Source: Candidatus Latescibacterota bacterium
GTDB taxonomy: Bacteria; Latescibacterota; UBA2968; GCA-2709665
DNA: 64,000 nucleotides
Assembly: GCA_965205485.1 (NCBI GenBank)
Contig: OZ242180.1
Coordinates: forward strand, 4,160,001-4,224,000
Direction of reading: 5' to 3'
Numbering within the stretch: position 1 is the first letter of the stretch; the number at the start of each line of letters is the position of its first letter. Under the pieces are notes generated by a model, which was not told the DNA's origin, did not search any database, and was given only the letters and a program-made list of their open reading frames with translations. Positions 37,895-47,791 of the stretch are shown here, in pieces. A program made the translations under genes and the position numbers.

Positions 37895-40207
37895 ATGATG
37901 CGTCGTCTCCGACAACTGCTCCTGTACACAGGACTCGTGGAATCGGACGCAGCCAATGACGACCGAGGTGCGCCAACCCGGCGCAAGCTTCGGCTGCGCC
38001 CGAGGGTTCTGTTGCGCATCGGACTCATGTTGACCCTGGTTGCCCTGCTGACGTATTTTTTCCCGATTTCCAGAACGGACTTCGAACACGGCGCCTTCAG
38101 TGAGGGTACAATCGCGCCCTATGAAGTCATTGCGCCGGAAAACTTCAAGGTGCTCAAGAACGAATCCGAATACGTCCGGGAAGTGGAGGCGGCCCGTGAC
38201 GACGTTCTTCCGGTCGTGATCCTTGATGCGGAGGTGTCGGCCGATCGGCAACGCTCGCTCGACGGATTCCTGGAAGATCTGAATCGGGTGAGCATTCTGG
38301 CCGTTCCGGATTCGGCCGTTCATCACCTCCAACAGGCCCACTCGGAAATCGGCTCGGTGTCCCAGGTGAGCCTGCGCTTTCTGATCAACCAGGCAGCCAA
38401 CTACCCCACCGGATTCGAAAGGCTTCGTTCGACCGTCCGCGAATTGCTGGTATCCAGTTACACTGCCGGCGTTCTGAACCGGGACTCTGAAATCCTAGGC
38501 TCCGACCGCGGGGAGGTGGTCCTCGTCGAGGGGGACCGGGAGCGCCGTATAACGTCAGAGCCCATCCGGGGCCTGGAATGGTATGAGCGCAGCCTGCAGG
38601 ATGAAATCGACAGACAGTTTCCTCAGGGCACGCCTGCGGAAATAAAGTCCGTATACGAGCTTGTCGTCGTCTTTCTAACGCCCAATCTCACATACAACGT
38701 GGAAGAAACGGAACGGCGCAGAGACGCGGCTGCGGCAAGGATCTCGCCGTACAAGGGAACCGTCCTTGGCGGCGAACGCATCGTCGACAAGCACGACCGG
38801 GTAACCTCGGATCACATGGACCAGTTGCGGTCTCTTTCCATTCATATGAACAGAGCAATCGACCGTGTCCCCTATCTGTACCATCTCCAGGTCGCGGCCC
38901 AGGCCGCGGTCAGCGCCCTGCTAATTGCCATTCTGTTCGTGTTTCTTCAGGTGTCGCGTCCAACGGTCATCGCGTCAACGTCCAACCTCGTCCTTTTCGG
39001 CATTCTGATCATCATGCCGTGCCTGGTCGCTTCATATGCCGCAACGGTGTCCGCGGTTACACCCTTGCTGGTGCCCGTCGCACTTTCGGTGATGCTGGCG
39101 ACCGTACTCTTCGATACCGAAGTCGGCCTGGTCGTTTCATTTGTGTGCGCCACGTTGTGTGCGAGCATCGTGGGAAGTCTTTCGTTCGGCCTGATCTACC
39201 TGGTTACGGGTGCCGCCGGGGCTTACTCCGTGCGGCCGGTCAATCGCCGGAGCGATTTCTTCTACCGGTCCATCGCCTTCCTGGTCTGCGCCTACCTGCT
39301 TTCAACCCTGGCAACAGCGATCCTGTTGTTCAGCTATTCCAGCTTCGGAGAATTCTTCCAGAAAGTCAGGTGGGACCTGGTTCTGGGCACGTTCACGGCC
39401 TGTGCATCCTCCGTCCTCACCATCGGCCTCCTGCCGATCTTCGAAAGCGCATTCAGCGTGGTCACTGCCTACACGCTGCTCGAGCTTTCGGACCTGAACC
39501 GGCCATTATTGCGCAATCTGGCCATTCGGGCGCCCGGCACGTACAGTCACAGTATCATCATGGCGAGGCTTTCGGAGGCGGCCGCCGAAGCCACCGGAGC
39601 CAACGGCCTGCTGGCCCGGGTTGGATGTTATTACCATGACATCGGCAAGATGATCAGACCCCACTATTTCATCGAAAACCAGAAAGGCGTGAATCCGCAC
39701 GATGAACTTCAGCCTCGTCTGAGCGCCCTGATTCTGATCTCCCACGTGAAGGACGGCATCAGTATGGCCGAAGAGGAAGGGCTTCCGCGGGTCATCATCG
39801 ACATGATATCCCAGCATCACGGTACCAGCGAAATCGCAGGCTTCAAGAAGAGCGCCCTTGAAAGCAGCGCGCCGCACGAGGTTCGCGACGCCGACTTCCG
39901 GTACCCGGGACCGAGGCCCCAGACCCGGGAAGCCGGCATTGTCAGCCTGGCCGACGCGGTTGAATCCGCAAGACGCAGCCTCAATGCCAGTACCCCCGAA
40001 GAAACCCGGAAGATGGTTCAAACACTTGTGAAAGCAAGATTTACAGCCGGGGAGTTGGACGAGTGCGACCTCACGCTCAGAGACCTTACCCGGATTCAGG
40101 AAGCATTTCTGCCGATTCTCGATGCCACCTGGCACAGCCGCGTTGCCTATCCGTGGCAGCACGAACGGAAGCGGGTTCAACCCGGGCGCAGGAAGGAAGT
40201 TCTGTGA
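37895..40207 (+). CDS. 7TM-HD phosphohydrolase (PgpH/YqfF-like c-di-AMP phosphodiesterase family)
   Basis: Extracellular domain, TM bundle, APGTYSHS, YYHDIGK, HVKDG, QHHGT, FRYPGPRP, LADAVE. Confidence 0.9.
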   Translation: MMRRLRQLLLYTGLVESDAANDDRGAPTRRKLRLRPRVLLRIGLMLTLVALLTYFFPISRTDFEHGAFSEGTIAPYEVIAPENFKVLKNESEYVREVEAARDDVLPVVILDAEVSADRQRSLDGFLEDLNRVSILAVPDSAVHHLQQAHSEIGSVSQVSLRFLINQAANYPTGFERLRSTVRELLVSSYTAGVLNRDSEILGSDRGEVVLVEGDRERRITSEPIRGLEWYERSLQDEIDRQFPQGTPAEIKSVYELVVVFLTPNLTYNVEETERRRDAAAARISPYKGTVLGGERIVDKHDRVTSDHMDQLRSLSIHMNRAIDRVPYLYHLQVAAQAAVSALLIAILFVFLQVSRPTVIASTSNLVLFGILIIMPCLVASYAATVSAVTPLLVPVALSVMLATVLFDTEVGLVVSFVCATLCASIVGSLSFGLIYLVTGAAGAYSVRPVNRRSDFFYRSIAFLVCAYLLSTLATAILLFSYSSFGEFFQKVRWDLVLGTFTACASSVLTIGLLPIFESAFSVVTAYTLLELSDLNRPLLRNLAIRAPGTYSHSIIMARLSEAAAEATGANGLLARVGCYYHDIGKMIRPHYFIENQKGVNPHDELQPRLSALILISHVKDGISMAEEEGLPRVIIDMISQHHGTSEIAGFKKSALESSAPHEVRDADFRYPGPRPQTREAGIVSLADAVESARRSLNASTPEETRKMVQTLVKARFTAGELDECDLTLRDLTRIQEAFLPILDATWHSRVAYPWQHERKRVQPGRRKEVL

Positions 40208-40656
40208 CCCGGGTCCGCATCGAGCAGGAAGCGCCGCTACCCGAAGCCTGTGACCCGACGGACCTTTTATTCCTCCTCGACAGTGTGCTCGAGGAACACG
40301 ACGCCATCGGAACGGTTACACTGGTTCTGGCCGACGACGCGACGCTTTGTCGTCTGAACGGGCAGTTCAAGGGCGTATCGGAGCCGACGGATGTTCTTTC
40401 CTTCGATCTGGCTGATCCGGTCCATCCGGATTGCGAAGATCTGGGTGAAATCTACATTTCCGTGGATCGCGCTGCGTTACAGGCCCGCGAAGGCTCAAGG
40501 CGCCTGTCCGATGAAATCGCCTCGCTCGCCATACACGGGGTCCTGCATCTGCTGGGGTACCGACACGACTCAACCGGGTCGACGGCCTCGATGCGGAACA
40601 GGGAGAGAGAGTATATCGCCCGGTTTCAAGCAGGCATACACCTGAAAGGAGTGTGA
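40204..40656 (+). CDS. ybeY: rRNA maturation endoribonuclease YbeY
   Basis: PTDVLSF, LGEIYIS, HGVLHLLGYRH; GTG start overlaps upstream TGA. Confidence 0.92.
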   Translation: MTRVRIEQEAPLPEACDPTDLLFLLDSVLEEHDAIGTVTLVLADDATLCRLNGQFKGVSEPTDVLSFDLADPVHPDCEDLGEIYISVDRAALQAREGSRRLSDEIASLAIHGVLHLLGYRHDSTGSTASMRNREREYIARFQAGIHLKGV

Positions 40657-40663
40657 GTGCATT

Positions 40664-41953
40664 TTGGATGACTCCGAGTGGTTGGCCGCACTCGTCGCGG
40701 GGGGTTCTCTGGTGGTTACCGCGCTGATCGCCAGGCTGGGCGCAATCGGCAGTACCATATCACGGGCGACGCTTGAACGTCTCCGCGACGAATCCGTACC
40801 ACGCGCGAACCTCCTGCTGTCGATGTACCGCACAAGATACGCCCTGGGTATGACGGTCTCGTTTGGACAATCCCTGTCCATCGCGTTGGGTGCGCTTGCG
40901 TTCGCATTCCTCGCCGGATTCGGATTGCACGAATTCGCATGGCCGCTACTCCGGGACCTTCTGAGCATCGCCGCGTTCGTACTCTTCTCTCTGCTGATCG
41001 CCAATGCAATCTCCTTCTACAAGCGCGAAGAGGGTTCCGACCGGCCCCTGCCGCACCTGATTGCCATTTACTATCCTCTGTATCTGCTGCTACTGACCCC
41101 GGCGCTGCTCCTGCTGAAAACACGGAGTATTTTTGTCAGTGAAACCGATACGAGGGCGATCAAGGAGGAAGAGTTGCGGCAGATCGTGGAAACCGAAACC
41201 GAGGAAGGCACTATTGAAGAGGAAGAGCGGGACATGATCGCCGGCATATTCGAGTTCGGCGATACGACCGTAAAGGAAGTGATGGTGCCGCGTATTGACA
41301 TGGTGTGCGGGGAGGTCTCCTCCAAACCGGAGGAAATCCTGGCCCTGATTCAGGAGAAACGGCATTCCCGCATTCCCATATACCGCGAACGCGTGGACCA
41401 TATCGAAGGCGTAGTGTACGCCAAGGACCTGCTCGAGCTTCTAAGCACGGGACAAGCCTGGACGCCCGAGAACGCCATGCGAAAACCGTATTTCGCGCCT
41501 GAAAACAAGAAAATCGCTGAGTTGATGCGAGAGTTCAAAACCAACAAAGTACACATGGCGATTGTCATCAACGAATTCGGCGGCACTTCCGGGCTGGTCA
41601 CGCTCGAGGATCTCATTGAAGAGATCGTCGGCGAGATCCACGACGAGTACGACGAGGAAGAGCAGTTGTTCCACTGGGACGAAGACGGGCACGTGCTGGT
41701 TGCCGACGCACGGCTCGATATAGACGATCTCAACCTGATCCTGAACATAGAGCTTCCTCGCGACGGATACGAGACCCTCGGGGGGTTCATCTACAACCAC
41801 CTGGGTCGGGTACCGGGCCCCGAGGAGACGTTCGTTTTTGAAAACCTCACCCTGTGGGTCGAGGAAGTGGTCGGCCAACGCATTACCACGGTTCGGATCG
41901 TCAAACAGGAACCGGACAGGAACAAACAGGACAAAACCCAAGAAATCGCTTGA
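40664..41953 (+). CDS. HlyC/CorC (CNNM-CBS-CorC) family membrane protein
   Basis: N-terminal TM helices, EVMVPR, HSRIP, HMAIVINEFGGTSGLVTLEDLIEEIVGEI.DEYD, YETLGG. Confidence 0.92.
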   Translation: MDDSEWLAALVAGGSLVVTALIARLGAIGSTISRATLERLRDESVPRANLLLSMYRTRYALGMTVSFGQSLSIALGALAFAFLAGFGLHEFAWPLLRDLLSIAAFVLFSLLIANAISFYKREEGSDRPLPHLIAIYYPLYLLLLTPALLLLKTRSIFVSETDTRAIKEEELRQIVETETEEGTIEEEERDMIAGIFEFGDTTVKEVMVPRIDMVCGEVSSKPEEILALIQEKRHSRIPIYRERVDHIEGVVYAKDLLELLSTGQAWTPENAMRKPYFAPENKKIAELMREFKTNKVHMAIVINEFGGTSGLVTLEDLIEEIVGEIHDEYDEEEQLFHWDEDGHVLVADARLDIDDLNLILNIELPRDGYETLGGFIYNHLGRVPGPEETFVFENLTLWVEEVVGQRITTVRIVKQEPDRNKQDKTQEIA

Positions 41954-41977
41954 CAAAACGTCCCGGTTTGATAGATT
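41950..41977 (+). promoter_or_regulatory. Promoter for tRNA-fMet; the -35 box overlaps the CorC-family gene's stop codon
   Basis: TTGACA-16 nt-TAGATT with TG extended -10. Confidence 0.65.
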
Positions 41978-42000
41978 CTCCTATATAGGAAATGAATGGT

Positions 42001-42077
<77 letters not shown>

Positions 42078-42087
42078 AAAAAACAAG

Positions 42088-42117
42088 AAGGAGGCCGATA
42101 ACTTTCGGCCTCCTTTT
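42088..42117 (+). terminator. Rho-independent terminator after tRNA-fMet
   Basis: AAGGAGGCCGA-taactt-TCGGCCTCCTTTT. Confidence 0.8.
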
Positions 42118-42416
42118 GCGTACCTGATGCAGAAACAGGAACTTACATGGGTGGATGGGTTGATCAGGATAAGGGCCGGAAGATGCGACAATTCACATTG
42201 CAACGAGTTGACGGTACAATCGCACTGACGGGAGATTCTTCGCTACGCTCAGAAAGAAATGACTGCCACTGGATACGGAACCCTTGCCAGTCGACGGTAA
42301 GAACGCAAAATCAGACAGAAAATGCAGTAGACGCGATTGTTGTTGTCTACGTCAACGGAGTATAACAACATCCAACAAACCACTGCCATGTCACACTCTA
42401 ACACGGAGAGGATCAA

Positions 42417-43844
42417 ATGAGCACCAGGACGCTTTTGCCGGCAATTGCCCTGTTATCACTCGCAACGGCGGTTCTGGCGACTCCCGCCGCTGCCCAGCAG
42501 CCATTGCCTGAGGGCACTGTGGAATCTCGGGTCTCTATGGAAGATAGTATCCGGTTGGAGACGATTCTGGCTGAAATTGAAAGTATGAAATCCGACCTCC
42601 AACAATTACAAGACGAGATTGGGAAGCGTGCGACCGCCTATCAGCTCACGGAACTTGACGGGACGGTGAGTCTGTTGCTGAAACGGTACGAGACACTGGA
42701 TGACAGTGTAGCGCATCGTCGGCGCGAACTGAAAAGCCTGACCATAGAGACACGGAACATGGCTGAAGACCTGGAGAATATGCGGATCGATACGGACGAG
42801 CACGGACAATCGATCCTGACCATTACCAGAAAAGAGCTAGCTAAAGGAAAAACGAAATACGAAAGTGACGTGAAGGATCTGCGAGCTCATCAGAAGCTCC
42901 TGACTGCGATGCGAAATACACTGAACAGCCTTGACAGCGCAATAAAACAGGAAGACTATGCGTCCGCGGTTCGCCAGATTACAAGCCCGACAAGCGACTC
43001 GCTCGGGTTCTCGATCTTCACGGGCGCCAGATTCGCGTTGCAATCATTGGAGACGGAACTCAGGAAGAAAAAGGTCAAAAAGCTGGGCGGCGTTCCATTC
43101 CATCGCATTGCGGATTTTGTAACTCAAGCCTTGAAGTCGCCGCTTGCATCCGCAGGAGCGATTACGCCGCTCTCGGCCGGGCTGTCGAGTGTCGCCTCAT
43201 TCGTTACCAGTCTTGCAGTCAGAGAAAAAAAGGTTAACGAGACGCTCAAGCCCTACGTGGATTACTATGCAAGGCTCGACGCTGCCAATGCACAACTCAG
43301 AGCCAACCTGGATGTTACCGAAGCTCAGTCGCGTGCCGTCCGTGTATCCATGAATAATTGGATCTTCGAGAAAATGGAGCAGATGAAAATCCAAAGTGAC
43401 CTGTTGAAAGAGAAGGACGTTCTTTCTGCTAAACCTGAGACGACGAATAGGCTATTGAACGAGGGTGGTCCGTATTCCCAGAAATCGTTGAATACGAGAA
43501 TCGCTGAGATCACCTTCGGCAATAAAGCTGAGCCGAATTACGAAGCATTGGCGGACGATTCACGGCTCCATACGTCGTTCCTGGCACAGAATCAGTTGGT
43601 AGGAATCGCCCAGCATTTGGAGTCGGTTGTTAAGGATTACCGAGAGGCGTTTATCCTCTATCAATCTACACTTGCCACCGTGTTTGACGATGGCACACGA
43701 GGAATCACGGGCGCCGATCGGGACAGAATCAAAAGGGTCATAGAAAATCTTGGCAACAAGCACAAAACCGCCCTTTCTTCGTTTGACAACGCTGTCAATC
43801 TCGACCAGATTCGCACGATGCTTGCCGCCGTCAGGGCACAATGA
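42417..43844 (+). CDS. Hypothetical secreted alpha-helical/coiled-coil protein
   Basis: GGAGAGG RBS, signal peptide ending PAAA-Q, heptad-rich, visibly more A/T-rich than flanks. Confidence 0.75.
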   Translation: MSTRTLLPAIALLSLATAVLATPAAAQQPLPEGTVESRVSMEDSIRLETILAEIESMKSDLQQLQDEIGKRATAYQLTELDGTVSLLLKRYETLDDSVAHRRRELKSLTIETRNMAEDLENMRIDTDEHGQSILTITRKELAKGKTKYESDVKDLRAHQKLLTAMRNTLNSLDSAIKQEDYASAVRQITSPTSDSLGFSIFTGARFALQSLETELRKKKVKKLGGVPFHRIADFVTQALKSPLASAGAITPLSAGLSSVASFVTSLAVREKKVNETLKPYVDYYARLDAANAQLRANLDVTEAQSRAVRVSMNNWIFEKMEQMKIQSDLLKEKDVLSAKPETTNRLLNEGGPYSQKSLNTRIAEITFGNKAEPNYEALADDSRLHTSFLAQNQLVGIAQHLESVVKDYREAFILYQSTLATVFDDGTRGITGADRDRIKRVIENLGNKHKTALSSFDNAVNLDQIRTMLAAVRAQ

Positions 43845-44297
43845 TTCAGACACATCCTGTCTTTACTTCTGAGAAACGGCATTTCCGTCAGAAGGGCCGG
43901 GCGCCGACAAGTGACGCCCCGCCCTGCCTCCCAGCAACGCCAGAAAATCCCGCCTGAGCCGTTCACACGCGTCGCCGACGGTCGACTCCAGGGAAATTGC
44001 CCGCCTCCGGTCGCCCGGTTCAAGATTCAGCCGTTTTCACACCTTGCCGCATTTTCCTTCGACGTTATATTTTATAGAAACCGGCAACGAGACAACCGCC
44101 CGATGTCCCGACAACCGGTTTCGTTGAAGCGAGATCCTGCCCCCCTCCCCATCTGGAATCGTGAAAAACCCCCTGAACTCACCCGTATAGTCACCGAAAA
44201 CGAGGGCGGCCGACCGATTATCGTCGGCACAGGCTGAAAAGAAAGCAACACTGTCTGTTTTTTCAATCCGGCATGATTGAAACAGGAGAATCCCGTT

Positions 44298-47153
44298 ATG
44301 CAGTTCCGACCAAATTTCCTGCGGTTCGTGCTGGTTCTCTTTGTGGTGGGAAGTGCGTTCGTATTCCAGGCGTACGCCGAAGAATCCGACGACGTCGAGG
44401 AAGGCACCGAAGCGGAAGAAACTGCCGAAGAAGAGTTAATCGTTTATGAACTGGATGCCATTACCGTCACCGGGTCGCGGATCAAGAGCGAGGATCTGCT
44501 TACGCCCGCCCCGGTGATTGTCATGTCGCGGGATGAAATCAAGGTGCGGGGCCTGGCGTCCATAGGTGACGTCCTGCAGACCCTGACCGTTCAGTCCAAT
44601 GCGATCAATACCCAGGCTAATAATGGCGGAGACGGCTCGACCCGTATCAGCCTCCGGGGGCTGGGCGCTCATCGAACGCTTGTCCTGCTCAACGGACGCC
44701 GCTTCGTCCCGGGCGGCACCGGAGCGAATTCCTCGGTCGATCTTAACGCGATTCCCGCTTCCGCCGTCGAGCGCGTCGAAGTGCTGAAGGACGGCGCGTC
44801 GGCCGTATATGGTTCGGACGCGGTCGGGGGCGTCGTCAATGTCATTACGAGGGCAGAGACCGAGGGGCTCGAATTCGAAATCTATCGGGGCGTCGCGGGC
44901 GAGGGCGACGGCGAGACGCTGGATATCAGCGTAACCGCCGGTTTGAAGAGCGAGAAAGGCAGCGTCCTGTTTTCGGCCGGCTACCACAATCAGGGTCCCG
45001 TATGGACCGGCGACCGGCCCTTCAGTGCCGAAGACAAGACGTACGACTGGGAAACAAACGACGGTACCTACGCCACCAGCGGCAGCTCGGCCACCCCGGA
45101 AGGACTCATCATCGACCGGACGGGCGACCCCGGCAACGATGCGTGGCAGGCCGTGGTTTCCGCTGCCGGCGAAAACGCTGGCGACTACCACCGCGACCCC
45201 AACGCCGGCTGGCGCCCGTTCAACTGGGCGGGCAATTCCTCGGACGGCAGCGGCGACCTTTACAACTATCAGCCGGAAAACTACCTCTACACACCCCAGA
45301 CCCGGTATTCGACCTTTCTCAGCGGTTCGTATAAATTCGCAACGAGCGCGAATGGCTTCTTCGAAGTCTCGTATACCAACCGGCAGTCCGACCAGAAGCT
45401 CGCCCCGACCCCCCTCTTCATCATCAGTGAAGGCCTCTCCGTATCTTCTACGAATACCTACAATGAATTCGGTCGTGAGTTCTACGACGTCCGTCGCCGG
45501 TTTGTGGAAGCGGGCAACAGGAATTTTCTTCAGGATATCAACACCTATAGAATTGTGCTGGGTATGGAATATCCGCTTCTGGACTTCGAGAGCGACGTCT
45601 CGTTCACGTACGGGCGCAGTGAGGGTACGAATATCAACGAGGGTCGATTTGTCCGCAGCCATCTCGCACACGCGCTGGGGCCGGCCGATGAATGCGCCGC
45701 CATCGGTGACTGCGTGCCCCTGGATCTGCTGCACGGCGCCGGCACCATCACCCAGGAAATGCTGAACTACATCCAGTATACGGGCATCGCCACGGGCTAT
45801 TCAAAGCAGAAGATCCTGCAGTTGAACGTGACCGGACAGCTCGCCGAACTTCCGGCCGGACCTCTGGGTGTGGCAGCGGGCGTGTCTTCCCGCTGGGAGA
45901 CCGGCGCCTATCTTCCCGATCCGATAACGAGATCGGGGAACACGACCGGCAACAAACAGGAAGCGACCGAAGGCGCCTATTCGGTGAGGGCTCTTTACGG
46001 CGAGGCCTCCTTGCCGATTCTCAGAGCCGACGCCGCGGGCCTGGACCTGACGGCAGCCGGCAGGGCATTCGATTACGACACCTTCGGGAGCGGATTCACG
46101 TACGAGGCGGGCGCCCGCTGCGAGCTTCCCCGCGGGCTGACGCTCCGGGCGACAATATCCAATGCGTTTCGCGCGCCCGGCATCGCCGAGATGTTCCTCG
46201 GCCAGAGCGATGCCTTCCCTCTGGTAAGCGATCCGTGCAGCGTAGTCGACGAAGCGGGCAGCACCCGGACGTTGACGACCGAGCAGCAAAGGAATTGCGC
46301 GGCAGCCGGCGTCCCTCCCGACTTCAAGGACTCACGCGCACAACTGCGCGCCAAGGTCGGCGGCTCTACGGACCTGGATCCGGAAACCGCCGCCATGGTC
46401 ACGGCGGGGCTGGTTTACCAGCCTGATTTCGCCGAAGACCTGGATATTGCCATCAGCTACTATGCCAACAAGATTGAGGATGTGATCGGGGCGCTGCCCG
46501 CGGGTCTCATTCTGAGCAACTGCTATTCACAGGAAACGCCATCCTACTGCGATCAGATCGTACGGGACCCGAACACGAAGCTGATTACGACCATCTTTTC
46601 ACAGGGCGACAACGTGGGCGAAACCGAGACCAGCGGACTGGACATCGAACTGGACTACAAGGTCGACACACCGCTGGGATTCCTGACGACCCGCACGGAG
46701 AGCAATCTGCTGTTCAAATACGAGCAACTCGTGCCGGCCCCGGGCGGCCTGGAACTGGTGAAGGGCAGGGGCTATTACGACCTGGGCGTCTTTCCGAGAT
46801 GGCGACATGCGCTTACGGCGGGTCTGAGCCAGCCGCGAATCTCTTTCGGTCTGAACCTGAAGTACGTCGGCGGATTCCTGGAATGCGAAGACGACGATTG
46901 CAAGGGCCTGTACCGCGACGACGTATCGGTAACGCCCGTTAGCCGCAAGGTCAGCTCAAACAGCACGATCGGCCTGTACGGATCTTACAGACTGGGTACT
47001 CGCGCGGGGGCGTCCGTGCTGACCGTTGGTATCAACAACGTCTTCAATCAGCGGCCGGCGGTGATATTCAACGGCTTTCTCGGCACGTCGGATTCCAGCA
47101 CCTATGATTTCATGGGCAGATACCTGTACGCGCGTCTCTCGCACTTTCTGTAG
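44298..47153 (+). CDS. TonB-dependent receptor
   Basis: AGGAG RBS, signal peptide, TonB-box-like DAITVTGSR, plug motifs ISLRGLG..RTLVLLNGRR and VEVLKDGASAVYGSDAVGGVVNVIT, GINNVFN, GRYLY..L..F. Confidence 0.93.
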   Translation: MQFRPNFLRFVLVLFVVGSAFVFQAYAEESDDVEEGTEAEETAEEELIVYELDAITVTGSRIKSEDLLTPAPVIVMSRDEIKVRGLASIGDVLQTLTVQSNAINTQANNGGDGSTRISLRGLGAHRTLVLLNGRRFVPGGTGANSSVDLNAIPASAVERVEVLKDGASAVYGSDAVGGVVNVITRAETEGLEFEIYRGVAGEGDGETLDISVTAGLKSEKGSVLFSAGYHNQGPVWTGDRPFSAEDKTYDWETNDGTYATSGSSATPEGLIIDRTGDPGNDAWQAVVSAAGENAGDYHRDPNAGWRPFNWAGNSSDGSGDLYNYQPENYLYTPQTRYSTFLSGSYKFATSANGFFEVSYTNRQSDQKLAPTPLFIISEGLSVSSTNTYNEFGREFYDVRRRFVEAGNRNFLQDINTYRIVLGMEYPLLDFESDVSFTYGRSEGTNINEGRFVRSHLAHALGPADECAAIGDCVPLDLLHGAGTITQEMLNYIQYTGIATGYSKQKILQLNVTGQLAELPAGPLGVAAGVSSRWETGAYLPDPITRSGNTTGNKQEATEGAYSVRALYGEASLPILRADAAGLDLTAAGRAFDYDTFGSGFTYEAGARCELPRGLTLRATISNAFRAPGIAEMFLGQSDAFPLVSDPCSVVDEAGSTRTLTTEQQRNCAAAGVPPDFKDSRAQLRAKVGGSTDLDPETAAMVTAGLVYQPDFAEDLDIAISYYANKIEDVIGALPAGLILSNCYSQETPSYCDQIVRDPNTKLITTIFSQGDNVGETETSGLDIELDYKVDTPLGFLTTRTESNLLFKYEQLVPAPGGLELVKGRGYYDLGVFPRWRHALTAGLSQPRISFGLNLKYVGGFLECEDDDCKGLYRDDVSVTPVSRKVSSNSTIGLYGSYRLGTRAGASVLTVGINNVFNQRPAVIFNGFLGTSDSSTYDFMGRYLYARLSHFL

Positions 47154-47449
47154 TGTCCGATCATCCCTTCGGTCGGGCAAATGCAATAAGCCGTCATCAA
47201 GAACCGTAATTCCTCCATCGTCCGCAGTTTGCCCGCACCGGCAAAGACGAGCTAACCTTCGTTGAGTCGAGTTCGTGCCTCCCACGCGCTCACCGGCGCG
47301 GCACCTTCGCAGCCTCCCCTCCGCCTGAATTCAGATAGCCGCTATTGTACAAACGGTATTGACGGATACCATCCGTTTTGTGATATTCCAAATGTAGCAT
47401 ATACCTGGCCGGATGAGACTTTCGTTCAAGCCTTGAATGAGCCGGAACA

Positions 47450-47755
47450 ATGAACCCACTTCTATCGGTATCCAAGAAGGCTCTCGCGATTTTCTGTCAA
47501 GACCACGGAATCAAGCGGCTCGCGGTTTTTGGCTCGGTACTGAGAGAAGACTTCGGCGTTGATAGCGACATTGACGTACTTGTCGAGTTCAATCCGGATC
47601 GCATACCAGGACTGTTCGGCGTAGCCGGAATGGAGTTGGAGTTATCTGAGCTGTTTCCGGGACGTAAAGTGGATCTGCGGACACCAGAGGACTTGAGCCC
47701 ATACTTCAGGCAGGAGGTTCTGGATACGGCGGAAGTTCAATATGAACAGGGTTAA
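47450..47755 (+). CDS. Minimal nucleotidyltransferase (MntA-type antitoxin)
   Basis: [37 protein letters not shown]. Confidence 0.9.
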   Translation: MNPLLSVSKKALAIFCQDHGIKRLAVFGSVLREDFGVDSDIDVLVEFNPDRIPGLFGVAGMELELSELFPGRKVDLRTPEDLSPYFRQEVLDTAEVQYEQG

Positions 47756-47791
47756 CAATACTCCTCTCGTATACTGAATTCGGGTCGTCAC

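Noticed and set aside
36887..38341. Long antisense ORFs (also 3105-4424+, 44436-45734-, 47837-49204-, 55805-56941-, 59363-60376+)
   Set aside because: They shadow well-supported genes on the opposite strand, show no motifs, and are expected in GC-rich DNA.
42147..42416. 72-aa ORF in frame with the 42417 gene as another read-through case
   Set aside because: It ends in TAA, and the downstream gene has its own RBS and signal peptide.
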